Positions 10,854-26,200 of a DNA stretch of 64,000 bases are shown here, piece by piece. The translations under genes and the position numbers were made by a program. How positions within the stretch are numbered: the first letter of the stretch is position 1; every line of letters begins with the position of its first letter. Source of the stretch: Mobula hypostoma (Eukaryota). The stretch spans positions 176,020,001 through 176,084,000 of the forward strand of contig NC_086097.1 in assembly GCF_963921235.1 (NCBI RefSeq), in the 5' to 3' direction. The notes under the pieces are model-generated. The model did no database searches. It had not been told where the DNA came from and saw only the letters and a program-made list of their open reading frames with translations.

Positions 10854-12829
10854 AATTTGTCAACGTGACAAGTGGAGAGAGTTTGTAAATCGTTAAGGAA
10901 CAGAGGATGTTAGGAATGTCAAGGGTGTAGCACTCTGGGACTGCTCTGGGGCGGATGGCAGAGAAGGAAGTGCACGTGTGGGGAGTGGCGCAGGTGTAGA
11001 CACACCCAGTGCTGAGTGACAAGGTCATTTGATTCCAATCAATTGTTTTATTGTTCATTATGGAATGTTTCTCAGGTGTTTCCTGCAAAAGCTTGAGAGG
11101 TCAGCTTCCATGTCACTTATCAGACTCTTAAATGGACCCCATTGTTTTACCTTGCTCTAATTCTATGTACTGCGTAATCATTTGAGCTGTATTAACAGCA
11201 AGACAAACTTTTCCACGGTATCTTCAGTACAAGCGAAAACAGTAAATAGGCTAAGTGATGACATTTTGATCTCATTATCTACCTCATCACGGCCCTTCCC
11301 TGTAGTGCACTTTGTTTGTATCTGCATCACTATCAACTGCATTCCATTTCCTGTTTAGACTACCTTTATGCAATCATGCAAGACATAAGCTGTCTGGATG
11401 GCACAGAAACAAAACTTCCACTTCGATTTATTGGTATCTATGTAACAACAACAAAAAATAACAAACTAATTCCATTCTAATGCCCAATATCTTCAGAACT
11501 TGCTATTTGAATATAAGTGTACTAAGAGCCAGCAGTGGCCACTCAGCCCATCAATTCTATTTTATTATTTAATAGGCTAATCTAATTGTAACCCCAACTT
11601 TACATTCTTAACTACCCCTATGACCGTTCATCCCACTTGTTATCAATAATCTGGGAGCAAGAACCTTAAAAGAATTTATTTGATTTTATTTGATGCAAAG
11701 GGACTTTGTAGTACAGGAAATGTGGAAAGCTAATTGAACTGTCTTTTTGCGTCCAAATCCTGTAACTCCCTCTCCAATAGCACAATTGAAGGTGGAGGCT
11801 CATCACCACCTTGGGGATGGGCGATAGATATTGGCCTTGTTGTTACACCCAAATTTCAAACAATGAATAAGAAAACACCCAGAAACACAGCACTGCCTAC
11901 TTTGAAACAAATTAAACAACAAAACCATGAGAACACACAAAGGCAAGAACACAAGGAAAAAGAACAAGAATCAAATGGTTCAGGAATTTGATGGAGGGGT
12001 AAAGTTTTCATGCAGAGGTGGTGAATACTTAGAATAAGCTACCAGAGGAAGTGGTACAATAGTGTCATTTCAGAAGAACTTGGATAGGCAAATGGATGGT
12101 GACTAAAAATGACTGTTGTGATTTTGATGACATTGCAACGTTTTGGTTGATGATACCTGTTTTAGGATGTCGGGACAGGACATGCACAGCAGAAGAGTCT
12201 TGTTTTTTCTTTCTGGTTTATTAAGGAAAACTGATTAACTGGTATTTCAAAGTATCACTGATGAGCCTTGCGTAAAAGTCACTTGGGCTGGTAAGGGTTA
12301 GGGGAATGTGGACTAAACATGGGAAAATGCGATTGGCTTAGATGGGCATTTTGGATCAGTTGAGCGAAAAAGCCTGATTCCTTGCTGTTTGACAGTATGG
12401 CTCCAAGATTCAGAGTCTCCACCTTCATGACAGCTCTCTCAGTTCTGCAAGGGTCTCTTGGAAGGTATTTTGCCAATCTACCAAGTCATTAAGGAATATG
12501 TAGCATGAACTTCTTAGTACACATGAAGCCAATCAGCCCAGTGTGTCCATATTAGTTCACAGTGGAGTGATCCCATCAGAACCATTCCCTCACTCACTTT
12601 TCACTCACATTCCCAATGACTGATACCCCTGCTCCTACATTAGGTCATCATGGAAGTGATGGGTAAAGGGTGAAGCTCTGTCCTGTGCAGTTGCAACACT
12701 AGGCACAATTTACAGTGATCATAATTTGTTTATTATTGTCACATATACTGAGATTCAGTGTAAAGCTTTTGATCTTACAGATATAAATTAGCTCTATTTG
12801 TCACATGTACATTTAAACATACTGAAATG

Positions 12830-12952
12830 AAAAGTCTCGGCCTGAAACATCAACTGTACTCTTTTCCATAGATGCTGCTTGACCTGCCGAGTTGTTCCAG
12901 CATGTTGTGTGTTGCTTGGATTCCCAGCATCTGTAGATTCTCTTGTTTTGTG
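12830..12952 (+). mobile_element. Solo Penelope pLTR fragment
   Basis: gtctcggcctgaaacatcaactgtac...ccagcatctgtagattctcttg; flanked by ACTGAAATG/ATTGAAATG. Confidence 0.75.
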
Positions 12953-13349
12953 ATTGAAATGTATCGTTAGTGTCAAAGCTATTCTTAGAGGGTTGCACTG
13001 TGGGATGCCCACAGGTGTTTCCATGCTTCTGCCACCAACACAGCAAACTCAAAACTCACCAACCACAGCCTGTACATCTTCGGGAATTGCGAGGAAATCA
13101 AAGCACTCAGGGGAAATGGACATAGTCAAGGTAAAAGCATGCAAATATGGTGACATACATGTATTTCAATAATACATTTATTTTGCATGTTGAATTGGTT
13201 CATTCCTGCCTCATGTACTGAAGTACAGTGAAAAGCTTGTCCAGCATACTGTTCATACAGATCAGACCATTGAGTGGTACATTAATGTAGAACAAGTAAC
13301 AGCTACACAGAAAGCTCAGTGCAGGCAAGTGCAGTGTAGGTAGACATAA

Positions 13350-13490
13350 ATAACCTATGTACACTCCAATTGACCTAACAAATCATATCTGAGATGTGGC
13401 AGGAAAGCAGTGCACCGGGAAAACCTATTCAGTCACAGGGAGAATGAGTAAACTCCGCAGGATCAAACCCAGCTTTCTGGCATTAGCTCT
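13350..13490 (-). mobile_element. V-SINE-like fragment
   Basis: Reverse complement of the V-domain (ggaaagcagtgcaccgggaaaacc...cacagggagaatg..aaactcc). Confidence 0.6.
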
Positions 13491-16310
13491 TTCTGATATA
13501 ACGTTTTGGTGCTCGATTAAACAGCTTGTACAAAGTACACCCGCACAAAAGTCACTGGATCTCTCGAGTGTTATGTTTGGCAATAAGACTATTGTTCTTT
13601 CATGACCAATTGGAACATCACAAACAACTCATACTTTGAGAGGGTTTACCTTTCAAGCAAATGGCCTGTGTCACAATTTTCTAAATACAAAACATCTCAT
13701 CTCTGCAGATGTTCAAAAGACCACAGAAAATACACCAGCATCTTTACTTTCTTAGGGGTTAAGAAGGTTCAGCTTGCACCACTCTACAGATGTACCATTG
13801 AAATTGTCCTGACAGGTTGCATTGAGGTTTGGTACAGCAGTTCAAATGCACAAGAACGCAAGAAAGTCGTGGACTCTGCCCAACACATCTCAGCCATGTC
13901 CCTCCTCACCATCACTACTGCCTCAAGGAGACAATATCCAAACATCCCCTGCAAAATCCTGCAGTTTAGCATAAAATAACTATTTTGATCACTTTACAAT
14001 AAACTGTACCATTTGTTCTTGTTCTCATAGAGTTCTTTCTTGTAAATGTTGTGTAATTAATGCTTATTTGATGCCATGTGCCTGTAATGCTGCTGTAACT
14101 TTTTTCATTACATCTGTGCATTGACAATAACTTTGAAACAAGTTAAAATATTTTCTGTTTACCAGGAATTAATTTTTATTACATTTCCTAGATTTTTTTT
14201 ATCGGGGGGGGGGGGGGAAGGATTTTCCATTACTTGACCAGCTGTAATCAAGGTAGTTGCCTGTAGGGGGCTACATAGGGTTCAAAATGGAAAATAAATT
14301 GGGTCAATGGACATTGGAGGCCACTCAGCCCCTCAAGCTTAGTCCACTATGCACTGGATCATGACTGATGTTATGATATAATCCTGGCTCACTTAGATCA
14401 ACAAATGAAGATCAGTTTTTTAAAGCTGGCCAACTAGTCTAAAGCTCTGGACTAAACAAAATGTCCCAAAACTATCCTCACCTATTAATGGATCCTTTTC
14501 TCTTCTTCCCCTCTCTCATCAGGCAAAAGAAATATGAAAGCTTTAGAGCATGTACACATCACTGGGTTGAATTACAACTTCCATCCCACTGTTGCCAGAA
14601 TCTTGAACAGAATTCATGTACTAAAAGATAAACTCGTGGTCCCCAATGTACCTCGTCATGGCCCTCATTACACTTTGTTGACCATTTGTCCTCTAACTGT
14701 AACACTGTATTCCCTATTTCCTTAAATACTACAATATACTTGTATTTGGAATGACCTGTACAAATGCCATGATGCCATGCAAAGACAAGTGTTTCACAGG
14801 AGACCACACCTGTCTGCAAATGGAGTAGCAGCAATCTTGTGCTGCTCTTAGTTTTGTTTCTCTCCCCTTAGTTTAAACTTCGAATTTAAAATTTTTATTT
14901 GCTGATTCTTGAGGGAGAACAATATGTCTATGTCTACAAGGAGTGGGAAGAACTTGTCTGAACCTAGTGACAAAGGTAATGGGAAAGGAAAGATCTGATG
15001 AAATGCACCCAGGGGCTGAAGATATTGTTGGGACACTGAAATCAATTAAAGTTCAGAATGGGTCAATTAAAAACCAACTGTAAAAGAATAGTAATGAAAT
15101 GAAGTCATTTCTGGGAAAACTTAAAAGACTTGGAAACTCAAGTTATTACACACGAAGAGGAATTGAAGATAACTTAGCAAAAATTGTTTGAAGCTGCAAC
15201 CCATTTGGAAAGATATCAAGATAAGATTATAGACCTGGAAACTAGGTCTCCCTAAAGGAATATACGAATTGTTGGGCTGCAAGGAGCTGAAGATTGAGAT
15301 TTAACTGCTTACTTTGGTAAGCTTTTTCATACTTTATTTCCCAGCATATTATCACAGCCGCCTGCTATAGAAAGAGCACACAGAGCTTTTACTTTGAAAT
15401 TTAAGGATCCAAATAAACCAAGGTCTGTTTTGGTTTGTTTTCATCACTTTAAAATTAAAGGTCAAATAATGCAACAGGCAAGAAAACAGAGAGTTTTTAG
15501 ATTTAAGGAATCTGAGCTCTGTTTTTATGAGGATTATCCAAAGGAGGCAATGGAACAAAGATCAAGATTTGCTCTGGTAATGAAACAGGCATATGATAAG
15601 AAACTGTTTCCTTCTTTGTGTTACCCTACAAGAATTGAAGTTTTTCCTCCTAACTCTCCTCCTCGTACATTTTTTGATCCAAAAGCCGCACTGGACTTCG
15701 TTCAAACTATACCTGCCGCCACTACCGAATGAACTACCTGAAAGATTGTTTGGTTATCGGTGTATTATTGGCATTTCGGAAAGAAGATTTATGAAAGTTA
15801 CTTGGACATTCCATTGAGAGACTAATAAAAGAAGATAAGGAGATTTGTTCATTATTGCATATTGTTGGTTTTCTTTTGGAAAGAAGATCTATGGTTCAAG
15901 TATGACTGTTTAAATGGTTACTCGGACATTTGACTGGCAAAAGAAGAAAAAGGGATTTGTTTCTTTAACCTAATATCTGGTTTGATTTTTTTTTTGTTTC
16001 TTTCTTAATTAACAAATTGGTAGTTTTCCTACTAATGGGGCTTCTTTTTATATATATATTTGGGAGGGTTCAATTACTTATGATATTATTAATTAGTATT
16101 TTTGAAAATTTAGCTGGGTTAAATATGCTATTAACCTTTTTTCTGCTTTATTATAGCGTCTTATAACCGAATTTAAAGTTTTTTTTAGGGATTTAATGTT
16201 AAATTTAAAAATGGTGCTGTTTTTTTCCTTTTAAGAGATAACATTATTTTGGTTCGTTCTTGTTTAATAGATGTTGGAATGTAAATACATTCCTTTGTTG
16301 AGAATTCATC

Positions 16311-19000
16311 TTTATAAATGTTTTGCTCCTTCGTTAATCCCTTGGCTCTGTAGGGTTTTTGAGGCTTCATTGAAACTTGGTAAACTTCCTGAATCTTTCA
16401 GTAGAGCATCAATTTCTCTAATATTAAAGAAGGATAAAGATCCTGCTCAATGTGCATCTTATAGACCAATATCTTTATTAAATGTTGATTCTAAAGTTTT
16501 TTCTAAGTTATTAGCAAATAGATTAGAAAAAGTACTTCCTTCTATTATTTCGGAAGACCAAACGGGTTTTATTAAAGGTCGTTACTCTTTTTATAATATT
16601 CGCACACTGTTAAATATCGTTTATACTCCATCACAAAATGTTCCTGAGTGTGTTATCTCTTTAGATGCTGAGAAAGCTTTTGATAGAGTAGAATGGCCTT
16701 ATTTATTTAAGGTGCTTGAAATGTTTAATTTTAGCTCGAAATTTATATCCTAGATTAAACTGTTATATCATTCTCCTGTGGCCTCGGTCCGTACTAACTC
16801 TTTAAGTTCACGTTTTTTCCCTCTTTTTCGAGGTACTCGACAAGGTTGTCCTCTTAGTCCCTTATTATTTGATATTGCATTAGAACCTCTTGCAATTGCC
16901 ATTCGAGAATCTCCAAATATTACTGGGATAACTCGGGGCTTAAAGTCCCATAAATTATCACTCTATGCTGATGATTTACTTTAATATATTTCCAATCCTC
17001 AGAAATCCATCCTGGCTGTTTTAGAGCTATTAGCACAATTTGGTCTTTTTTCAGGTTATAAATTAAATCTTAGTAAGAGTGAACTTTTTCCGATTAATAA
17101 ACAACTTCCCTTATATTATAAATTTCCATTTAAATTGATTAATAATTATTTTTCATATCTTGGGATTAAAATTACTTGTAAATACAAAGATTTATTTAAG
17201 ACTAACTTTTTACCATTAATAGACCATATTATTCAACTTTCATCTAAATGGTTTCCTTTATATTTAACTTTGATTGGTCGTATTAATGCAGTTAAGATGT
17301 TTTTTTTGCCAAAATTTTTATATATATTTCAGGCATTACCAATCTTTGTTCCAAAATCTTTTTTTGACAAAGTTGACTCTAAAATTTCTTCATTTATTTG
17401 GCAGAATAAAAACCCGAGACTGGGTAAGATACATTTACAGAAAGCTAAGTGAGATAGAGGCTTAGCATTACCTAACTTTAGATTTTATTATTGGGCAATT
17501 AATATTCGACATATGAAATTCTGGTTACTGGACCAGGATATACTATCCATTCCTAAATGGGTAGTATTGGAATTACAATCTGTTCAGGGTTTTACACTTG
17601 GTTCTATTTTAGGTTCCTCTCTTCCTTTTGATTTGAAACGCCTTAAACAGGTGTCTAAACCGATAGTTAAATATATCTTACGTATTTGGTTTCAATTCAG
17701 AAAATTTTTTGATCTTAATCAATTTGGGTTAGCGATTCCTATTTTAGGTAACATATTTTTTCCTCCCTCCTTTACGGATCGTGCTTTTCAAATTTGGAAG
17801 ACTAAGGGTATTTCACGGTTTTTGGATTTATTTTTAGATGGTTCCCTTATGTCTTTTGAACAATTATCTAATAAATATAACTTATCAAGAATACATTTTT
17901 TTAGATATCTACAAGTTAGAAATTTCCTAAGTACTATACTTTCTTCCTTTCCAATGCTTCCTCTTACATACATTTTAGATACTATAATCAACCTTAGTCC
18001 ATGTCAGAAAGGTGCATCGGCTATGATTTATAATATTATTATGAAACTTAGGAAAGCTCCATTTGATAAGATTAGGGTAGATTGGGAACAGGAATTGGGG
18101 TTTACCATTTCCGTGGATGACTGGGGGCAGATTTTACAATTAGTCAATACTTCCTCTATCTGTGCTAAACATTCCCTAATTCAATTTAAAGTTGTTCATA
18201 GAGCTCATATATCCAAAGATAAGTTAGCGCACTTTTATTCTCATATTAATCCTTTTTGTGATAGATGTCCGGGGCAGATAGCCTCTTTAACTCATATGTT
18301 TTGGTCTTGCCCTACTTTGGAAACTTTTTGGAGAGACATTTTTAATATTATCTCCAAGGTATTGAATATAGATATCTCTCCTCACCCTATTACTGCTATC
18401 TTTGGATTACCTAAAATTTCCAGTAATCTTTCCCCTTCAGCCCATAGAATGATTGCATTTCTTACTTTAATGGCAAAAAGATGTATCTTACAACATTGGA
18501 AAGAGCTTAATGCTCCAACTACCTTTTTTTGGTTTTCTCAGACGATATTATGCTTGAATCTGGAGAAAATTAGAAGCAATCTTTATGACTCCTCATTTAA
18601 ATTTGAACAGACTTGGAGATCTTTTATTCAATATTTTCATTTAATGTAATATATACCCTTCTTGTTTTTTTTTCCTGTTTTTAATGGAGGTCAGGATTGA
18701 GGACGTGATTTTAAGTTTAACTCTGTTTGGTTTCTAGTTAGCCCATTGCTTTGCTTTGCTTTTAGTTAGTTGCACGGTGGGTTTTTTTTGGGGGGGGGTT
18801 TCCTTTTCTCTATTGATATATATATAAAATTAGTATGCTATTATGTTACCTTGGTATGTTATGTTTAAATTACATTGTTTGTAGTATTTTTTTTGCATTA
18901 ATATCTTCTGTAATTTTATTATATTCTAACAATGTATTAGTGTCTATATGGCTTACCTTTTTGTATACTTATTCAATAAAAAGATTTAAAAAGAAAGAAA
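16311..19000 (+). mobile_element. 5'-truncated L1-clade LINE (RT to 3' UTR), nested
   Basis: YRPISLLNVD, LDAEKAFD, QGCPLSP, YADD; CDRC..HMFWSC; AATAAA plus A-rich tail; TSD GAGAATTCATC/GAGACTTCATC; premature stops. Confidence 0.93.
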
Positions 19001-19895
19001 GAGACTTCATCGTTTTTCTTACAAGGTCACTTGGTTTTTTTTTACTAACTAGGGGGAGGGAAAGAAAATCCTTAATTTTTTTTTTCTGTACAGACAGAGC
19101 AGTCCCTGACTTTGTAGTCTATCATAGGTTGCTTGCCTTTTTTTTGGGCTTTCGGGGAGGTGGGTGGGGTTAGAGTTAGGAGTTTTTTCCCCATTGGGTG
19201 GTTCTGGAGCATACGTGTTTTCTATGTGGTTGTATTCTTCATCGTCGCCATTTTTGATCATCCCGTATTGGTATGTGCTCTGCGCATGTATAAAGTAGAA
19301 TAAAATTATAGTATGGTATTTAAATAGATTAATGTAATAAATTGAAATGTACGTGGTTGGAATCATCCTATGAAACAAAAAAAGACTTTTAAAATTATTA
19401 ACCGATTCCACCCTGATATAATTTTTGCTCAAGAGACACATATCAGGGCGAGAGATCAAAATAGATTTTTTGGATGGTGGAGAGATTTTCAATTCCACTC
19501 TACTTCTCAGAGTAAAACTAAAGGCGTGTCCATCTTTACTAAATCCAATACATTTATTGAAGACGATATTGAGTCAGATTCTAATGGTAGATTTTTAATT
19601 GTTAACGGAGTGATCTGTAACAGAAAAGTTGCTTTGGTCAATCTGTACAGTCCTAATTGAAAAAAAGGTACTTGCCTGATTTAAAAGAATATATGTTGAT
19701 AATGGGTGGGGATTTTAACTGTTGTTTAAATCCTATGATTGACAAGAGCTCCACCAATCAGCGACTTCCAAATCGCTCCACATCACTTATTAACTCCTTT
19801 TTGATCGAATATGGATTGATCAAATTATGCAGGTATCTGCACCCCGATAACAGAGAATATTCTTTCTTTTCACATGTTTATAAAAAATATTTGAG

Positions 19896-22800
19896 TCCCA
19901 TAATATTCGCCTAAGTCAGATAAACCTCGGCATGTTATTTTATGATTTCATTATTTTCAAGACAAGGAGAAGCTGTTTCGTTTTGCTCGACCTAAAGGTT
20001 ATATTGATTTCTCGGATCTCCGCTTTCGATTGATGGAGGATTTTAGTAAACAGGTTCGTGATCCGTTACAGATCTGTGATGTTGGAATTCTACAAGATGG
20101 ATTTAAAACCAGTGTTGCTTTATCCCGCACGTTTGAGGATTCGATTGTCTGATGGGTCTTCCCGTTTCTTCGACTCTCCGTCGGAAACCCAGAGTTACCT
20201 GGATCAACATTTGCCTTCAACATTCTAATCGCACTATTAAATCATCTCTGTTTGATCGGAGGCTGTTAATCTGTTGGGTTTAATTTCTTTCTTTTGCTCT
20301 ATATGAGGGCAGAAATCTTTTTTTTTTTCGTTTAATTAATATGGTTGCCAAACTTTTTTTTAACTGCGTCATTCCTTTCTTCTTCCCTGGGGATTCTGGG
20401 TGGCCATTCCCACAGCATCATTTTACCCACGTACCTGGGGTCCTTAAACTTTGTAGTTTTTTTTAAATGTAGTTTTTGTAATTTTTTTGGCTAGTCTATG
20501 CTGATATTTCATTTTCTTGTTTAATTATACGGTCTGTTGTAGGTTAACAGTTTTCTTTATATATACCTGTTTTTTCTTTGTATTATATCGTTTTAATCGG
20601 TGTACTTTTTTTTACTCTTTTACTGTTTTATAACTTTAGCTGATCTTTTTACATATACACTTTTTTTAGTGAGCGTCTATCAGAAGTCATGGGGGTAGAT
20701 TTAGTGCCTGCTTCTTTCTGGCCTCCCTATCTTAGATTTAGCTTTGGGGTTACGGGGCGGAGGGGGGGCTTCACTTTTTAGTTTTTCTTTCTTCTTGGGC
20801 TACTTATATTATTGAAGTATTTGTCGCACTCTCTTTCTCGCTATCTCATGTTTATTCTGTTCCCTTTCCGGGTTCGTGGGTCGAACCTATTGTCAATCCT
20901 CCTTCATTTGAGGATTGACTTTAGGGATTATGGAGTCTACTATTAATTTTGTCTCTTGGAATACTAACGGTCTTAATCATCCAATTAATAGGAAAAAAAT
21001 CTTTAAAGTATTCCGGAGAATTGAAGCACGTATTCTATTTTTACAAGAGATCCATGTGCGGAGGGGGGACAGATTACGTTTTTTTAAGTTCTGGAAGGAT
21101 CAACACTACCATTCAAATTCCAACACCAAAATTCGAGGAGTTTCTATTTTTGTAGATCCTTCAATCACTTTTGTGCAACACGATATTATTTCTGATCCGA
21201 ATGGTAGATTTTTATTGGTTAGTGGTTTACTCTTTAATAAAAAGGTAGTTTTGGTTAACGTCTATGCTCCAAACTTGGACTGTCGGGAATTTTATAAATC
21301 ATCATTTAATTTGTTCCCGAATTTGAATGAGTTTTCATTAATCTGGGGCGGAGATCTTAATACTTGTTTATCCCCATTATTGGACTGTTCGGCTCCTATA
21401 CAGACTCTACCCAATAAATCCGCAACCTTCATTAATTCATTTCTCTCAGATTCCGGGTTGACAGACATTTGGCGATTTTTGCATCCTCAGGAAAAAGACT
21501 TCTCTTTTTTTTCCCACATGTTTATCATCCCTATTCAAGAATTGATTTTTTTTAATTGACCCTCATCTTATTTCTTCAGTGGTTAAATGTGAATATGACT
21601 CTATAAACATTTCGGATCATGCTCCACTTAAGCTTTCTATTAAAATACTGGCCAATACACAAAATAATAGACAATGGCGTTTTAATTCGCTGTTGCTTCA
21701 GGACTTGGATTTTGTTAACTTTATGAGTGAACAGATTGATCTCTTTTTTACAATTAGCTGTACAGAGGATATATCCATGAACACCCTTTGGGATACTTTT
21801 AAAGCTTATATTTGTGGCCAGATCATCTCGTACTCTGCTGCTTTGAGGAAAAGGTTGAAGGAGGAGGAACTGGTTCTTGTGGACAAGATTAAGGAAATTG
21901 ATAAGAAATATGCTACAGCTCCCTCTGAGAAGTTGTATAAACAAAGAACTGAGCTTCAAATGGAACATAGTTTATTACTTTCGTCCTCGATTGCAAATCA
22001 ATTAATGAAAACAAGAAGCTATTATAATATACATAGTGACAAAGTTGATAAACTGTTGGCTAATCAGTTGAAGACTAACTCTACTAAATTTCAAAGTAAT
22101 CAGATTTATAATCAAAAAGATCAACTGACATTCGATCAAGCTGAGATTAATCAATCCTTTTTCTACTTTTATTCCTCTTTATATCAATCAAAGTTTCCAT
22201 GAGACTCTAAACATATGTGTGACTTTTTAGATAACCTAGACTTCCCTAAGATTTCACACGATATATGTTCTATGTTAGACACTTCCTTCACCACTGATGA
22301 GATTAAGAATGTTATTTTTTCTATGAACCCGGGGAAAGCTCCTGGTCCTGATGGGTTTACCGTGGAATTTCATAAATTTTTTGCATCCTCATTAATCCCT
22401 TGGCTATTCAGGGTTCTGGAGGCCTCATTAAAACTTGGTAAACTACCAGAATCCTTTTATAGAGCATCAATCTCTTTAATACTAAATAAGGATAAAGACC
22501 CCGCTCAATGTGCATTGTTAAATGTTGACTCTAAAATTTTTTCTAAATTATTAGCAAATAAACTAGAAAAAGCACTTCCTTATATTATCTCGGAAGACAA
22601 AATGGGTTTTATTAAACATCGTTATTCTTTTTATAATATTCGTACACTTTTAAACATTGTCTACACCCCGTCACAAAATGATCCTGAATGCGTCATTTCC
22701 CTAGATGCTGAAAAAACCTTTGACAGGGTCGAATGGCCTTACTTATTTAAGGTGCTTGAAATGTTTAACTTCAGCTGGAAATTTATATCCTGGATCAAAT

Positions 22801-25800
22801 TGTTATATCATTCTCCTATGGCCTCAGTTCGTACTAACACTTTAAATTCACCTTTTTTTCCCTCTTTTTCAAGGTACCAGACAAGATTGTCCTCTTAGTC
22901 CTTTATTATTTGATATAGCATTAGAACCTCTTGCAATTGCTATTCGAGAATCTCCTAACATTATTGGTATAACTCGTGGTTTAATGTCTCATAAAGTATC
23001 ACTTTATGCTGATGACTTACTTTTATATATTTCTAATCCTCAAAAATCTATTCCTGCAGCTTTAGCTTTATTAGCACAATTTAGTCTTTTTTCAGGTTAT
23101 AAGTTAAATCTCAGTAAGAGTGAACTTTTCCCGATTAATAAGCAAGTTCCCTTATATCAGAACCTCCCGTTTAAATTGGTTAATAATCATTTTTCATATC
23201 TTGGGATTAAAATTACCTGTAAACATAAGGATTTATTTAAGACTAATTTCCTACCCTTAATTGACTACATTACACAACTTTCATTTAGATGGTCTCCACT
23301 TTATCTCACTTTGATTGGTCGTATTAATGCTGTTAAGGTGTTTATTCTGCCAAAATTTTTATATATATTTCAGGCTTTACCGATTCTTGTTCCAAAATCC
23401 CTTTTTGACAAAGTTGACTCTAAAATTTCTTCATTTATTTGGCAAAAAAAAAACCTGAGACTGGGTAGAATACATCTACAGAAAGCTAAGAGAGATGGAG
23501 GTTTGGCATTACCTAATTTTAGATTTTATTATTGGGCAATTAATATTCGACACATGCAATTTTGGTTACTTGACCAAGACTAAATGGGTAGTATTGGAAT
23601 TACAATCTGCTCAAGGTTATGCACATGGCTCCATTTTAGGTTCTTCTCTTCCTTTCGATTTGAAATGCCATAAACATGTTTGTAACCCGATAGTTAAACA
23701 TACCTTACGCATCTGGTTTCAATTCCGAAAATTTTTCGATCTTAATCAATTTGGGCTAGCGATTCCTATTTTAGGCAATATATTCTTTCCCCCTTTCTCT
23801 ACGGACCGTGCCTTTCAAATTTGGAAGACTAATGGTATATCACGGTTTTTGGATTCATTTTCAGATGGCTCCCTTATATCTTTTGAACAATTATCTAACA
23901 AATATAACTTACCAAGAATACATTTTTTTAGATATCTCCAAGTTAGAAATTTCCTAAGTACTATACTTTCTTCCTTTCTGGCGTTACCCCCTACATCTAT
24001 TTTAGATACTATAATTAACCTTAACCCATGTCAGAAAGGTGTAACGGCTATTATTTATAATACTATCATGAAACTTAGGATAGCTCCATTCGATAAGATT
24101 AGGTCCGATTGGGAAAAGGAATTGGGCTTTACTATTTTGGTGGATGACTGGGCGCATATTTTACAACTAGTCAATACTTCCTCTATCTGTCAAACATTCC
24201 CTAATTCAATTTAAAGTTGTTCATAGAGCACACATGTCTAAAGATAAATTAGCTTGTTTTTATTCTCATATTAACCCTCTTTGTGATAGATGTCATGGGG
24301 AGATAGCTTCCTTAACTCATTTGTTTTGGTCCTGTCCTACTCTGGAAACTTTTTGGAAAGACACTTTCAATATTATCTCAAAGGTATTGAATACAGATAT
24401 TTCTCCCCATCCTATTACTGCTACCTTTGGATTACCTAAAACTTCCAGTAATCTTTCCCCTTCAGCCTGTAGAATGATTGCATTTCTTACTTTAATGGCG
24501 AAAAGATGTATGTTACAACAGGGGTCCCCAACCTTTTTTGCACTGCGGGCCGGTTTCATATTGACAATATTCTTGCGGACCGGCCGACCCGGGGGGGGGG
24601 GGGGGTGGGTGGGTAGGGTTGCCAATGGACAAGAGTAGAGCCAAATATGTTGCATGGGCACCTGTGCGCATGTGTGCTTTGCACATGCGTGTATGTGCTG
24701 ATTTTTTCTACAAATCCTTTTTGGCGATTCTGTTGGGGGGGGTGTTAATCACGACTGGAATATAGGTGATAAGTGGCTAATACACTCAATTTTGTTTTTA
24801 AAAGGGTTTATCTACCGAATTTAATATTAAACACACAGCGCATATTTTCCTCGCATGGATATAGCGTTAAGTCAATTATCAGGGAAGGACAGGGGAGCTT
24901 GAAGTAAGTGTTGAATGAACTTCCAGTAGAAGTGGTAGAGACAGGTTCGATATTATGTAAAGAAAAATTGGATAGGTATATGGACAGGAAAGGAATGGAG
25001 GGTTATGGGCTGAGTGCAGGTCGGTGGGACTAGGTGAGAGTAGCTTTCAGCACGGACTAGAAGGGCAGAGATAGCCTATTTCCGTGCCGTAATTGTTATA
25101 TGGTTATATAAGTCAGTAGCATCATAACATTTTAAGTAACGTTTGGATATTAAACACAGAGCGCATATTTTCCCTGTACGAACATTTAAAATCATTGCAA
25201 CGCACCAATATCGCTGATATTCCCTGCAACAAGACGATCCCATCGAGGGGTGATGGGAGACAGCGATACTCGAACGGGGTTCCTTATGTCCAGTCTATTA
25301 CGTAATTTGGTTTTTGTTGCATTCATTGCAGAGATATGTTGGAAATGGAAGCAATGTTTTCAGTGCTTTCGTGGCTATCTCAGGATATTTAGTCTTGACT
25401 TTGAGATCCAGAATGCCGGCAGAGATGTTATGTCAAATGTACTTTTCAGCCCGCTGTCATTTGCAAGCTTGAGGAGTTGATCTTCTTCCCGCGCTGACAT
25501 GGATGACGCACGGGTAATGACCTCGCATGCGTAATGGCTCAACAGTGGCCGTGACAGGGAATGAGGAAAGGTGCAGCTGACTCCTATCGCCAAATCATAT
25601 CGTTTCCTCACGGCCTGGTAGCACATGCTTTGCAGCCCGGTGGTTGGGGACCGCTGTGTTACAACATTGGAAGGAGATTAATGTCCCAACTACGTTTTTT
25701 TTTGTTTTCTCAAACGATACTATGTTTAAATTGGGAAAAAGTCAGAAGTAATCTTTATGATACTTCAGTTGAATTTGAACAGACCAGGTGATCTTTTATT

Positions 25801-26200
25801 CAACATTTTCTTTTAATGTAACTTTTTTTTTCCTCTTTGACCATATTTACATTCCCTTCTTGGTTTTTAACTGTTATTAATGGAGGTCGGGTTTGAGGAT
25901 GTGATTGTTTTAAGTTGTTTAAGTCTACTTGGTACCTAGTTAGCCCATTGGTTTGCTTTGCTTTTTAGGTTAGTTGCACGGTGGGTTTTTTTTGGGTTTT
26001 TTTCTTCTCCTCATTGATATATATGGAAAATTAGTATACTACTATATTACCTCATTATTTTATAACTAAACTGCACTGTTTGTACTTTTTTTAATGTATT
26101 AATATCTCTTGTAAATTTATATCACAAGTGTATTAGTTTCTATATGTTTTACCTTTTGTGTACTAATTCAATAAAAAGATTTAAAAAGAAAGAAAAAAAA
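19896..26200 (+). mobile_element. Near full-length L1-clade LINE (ORF1 C-terminus, EN, RT), nested; same family as 16311-19000
   Basis: SWNTNGL, LQE, GGDLN, SDH, KAPGPDGF, YADD; A-rich tail; approximate TSD AAAAAATATTTGAG/AAAAAAAATTGAG; frameshifts. Confidence 0.92.
24519..25656 (-). mobile_element. hAT (Charlie/Buster-type) non-autonomous transposon with transposase C-terminal remnant
   Basis: TIRs CAGGGGTCCCCAACC / GGTTGGGGACCGCTG; perfect 8-bp TSD TGTTACAA; remnant EEDQLL.LAND..LK..F...SL.AFW...YPEIATKALKTLLPFPTYLC on the minus strand. Confidence 0.93.

Noticed and set aside
14234..14260. 27-nt phase-0 mini-exon candidate (ATTLITAGQ; cctacag| ... |gtaatg), reminiscent of the short desmoglein exon 2
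   Set aside because: Weak polypyrimidine tract with a competing AG, no homology, and expected by chance in a 25 kb intron.
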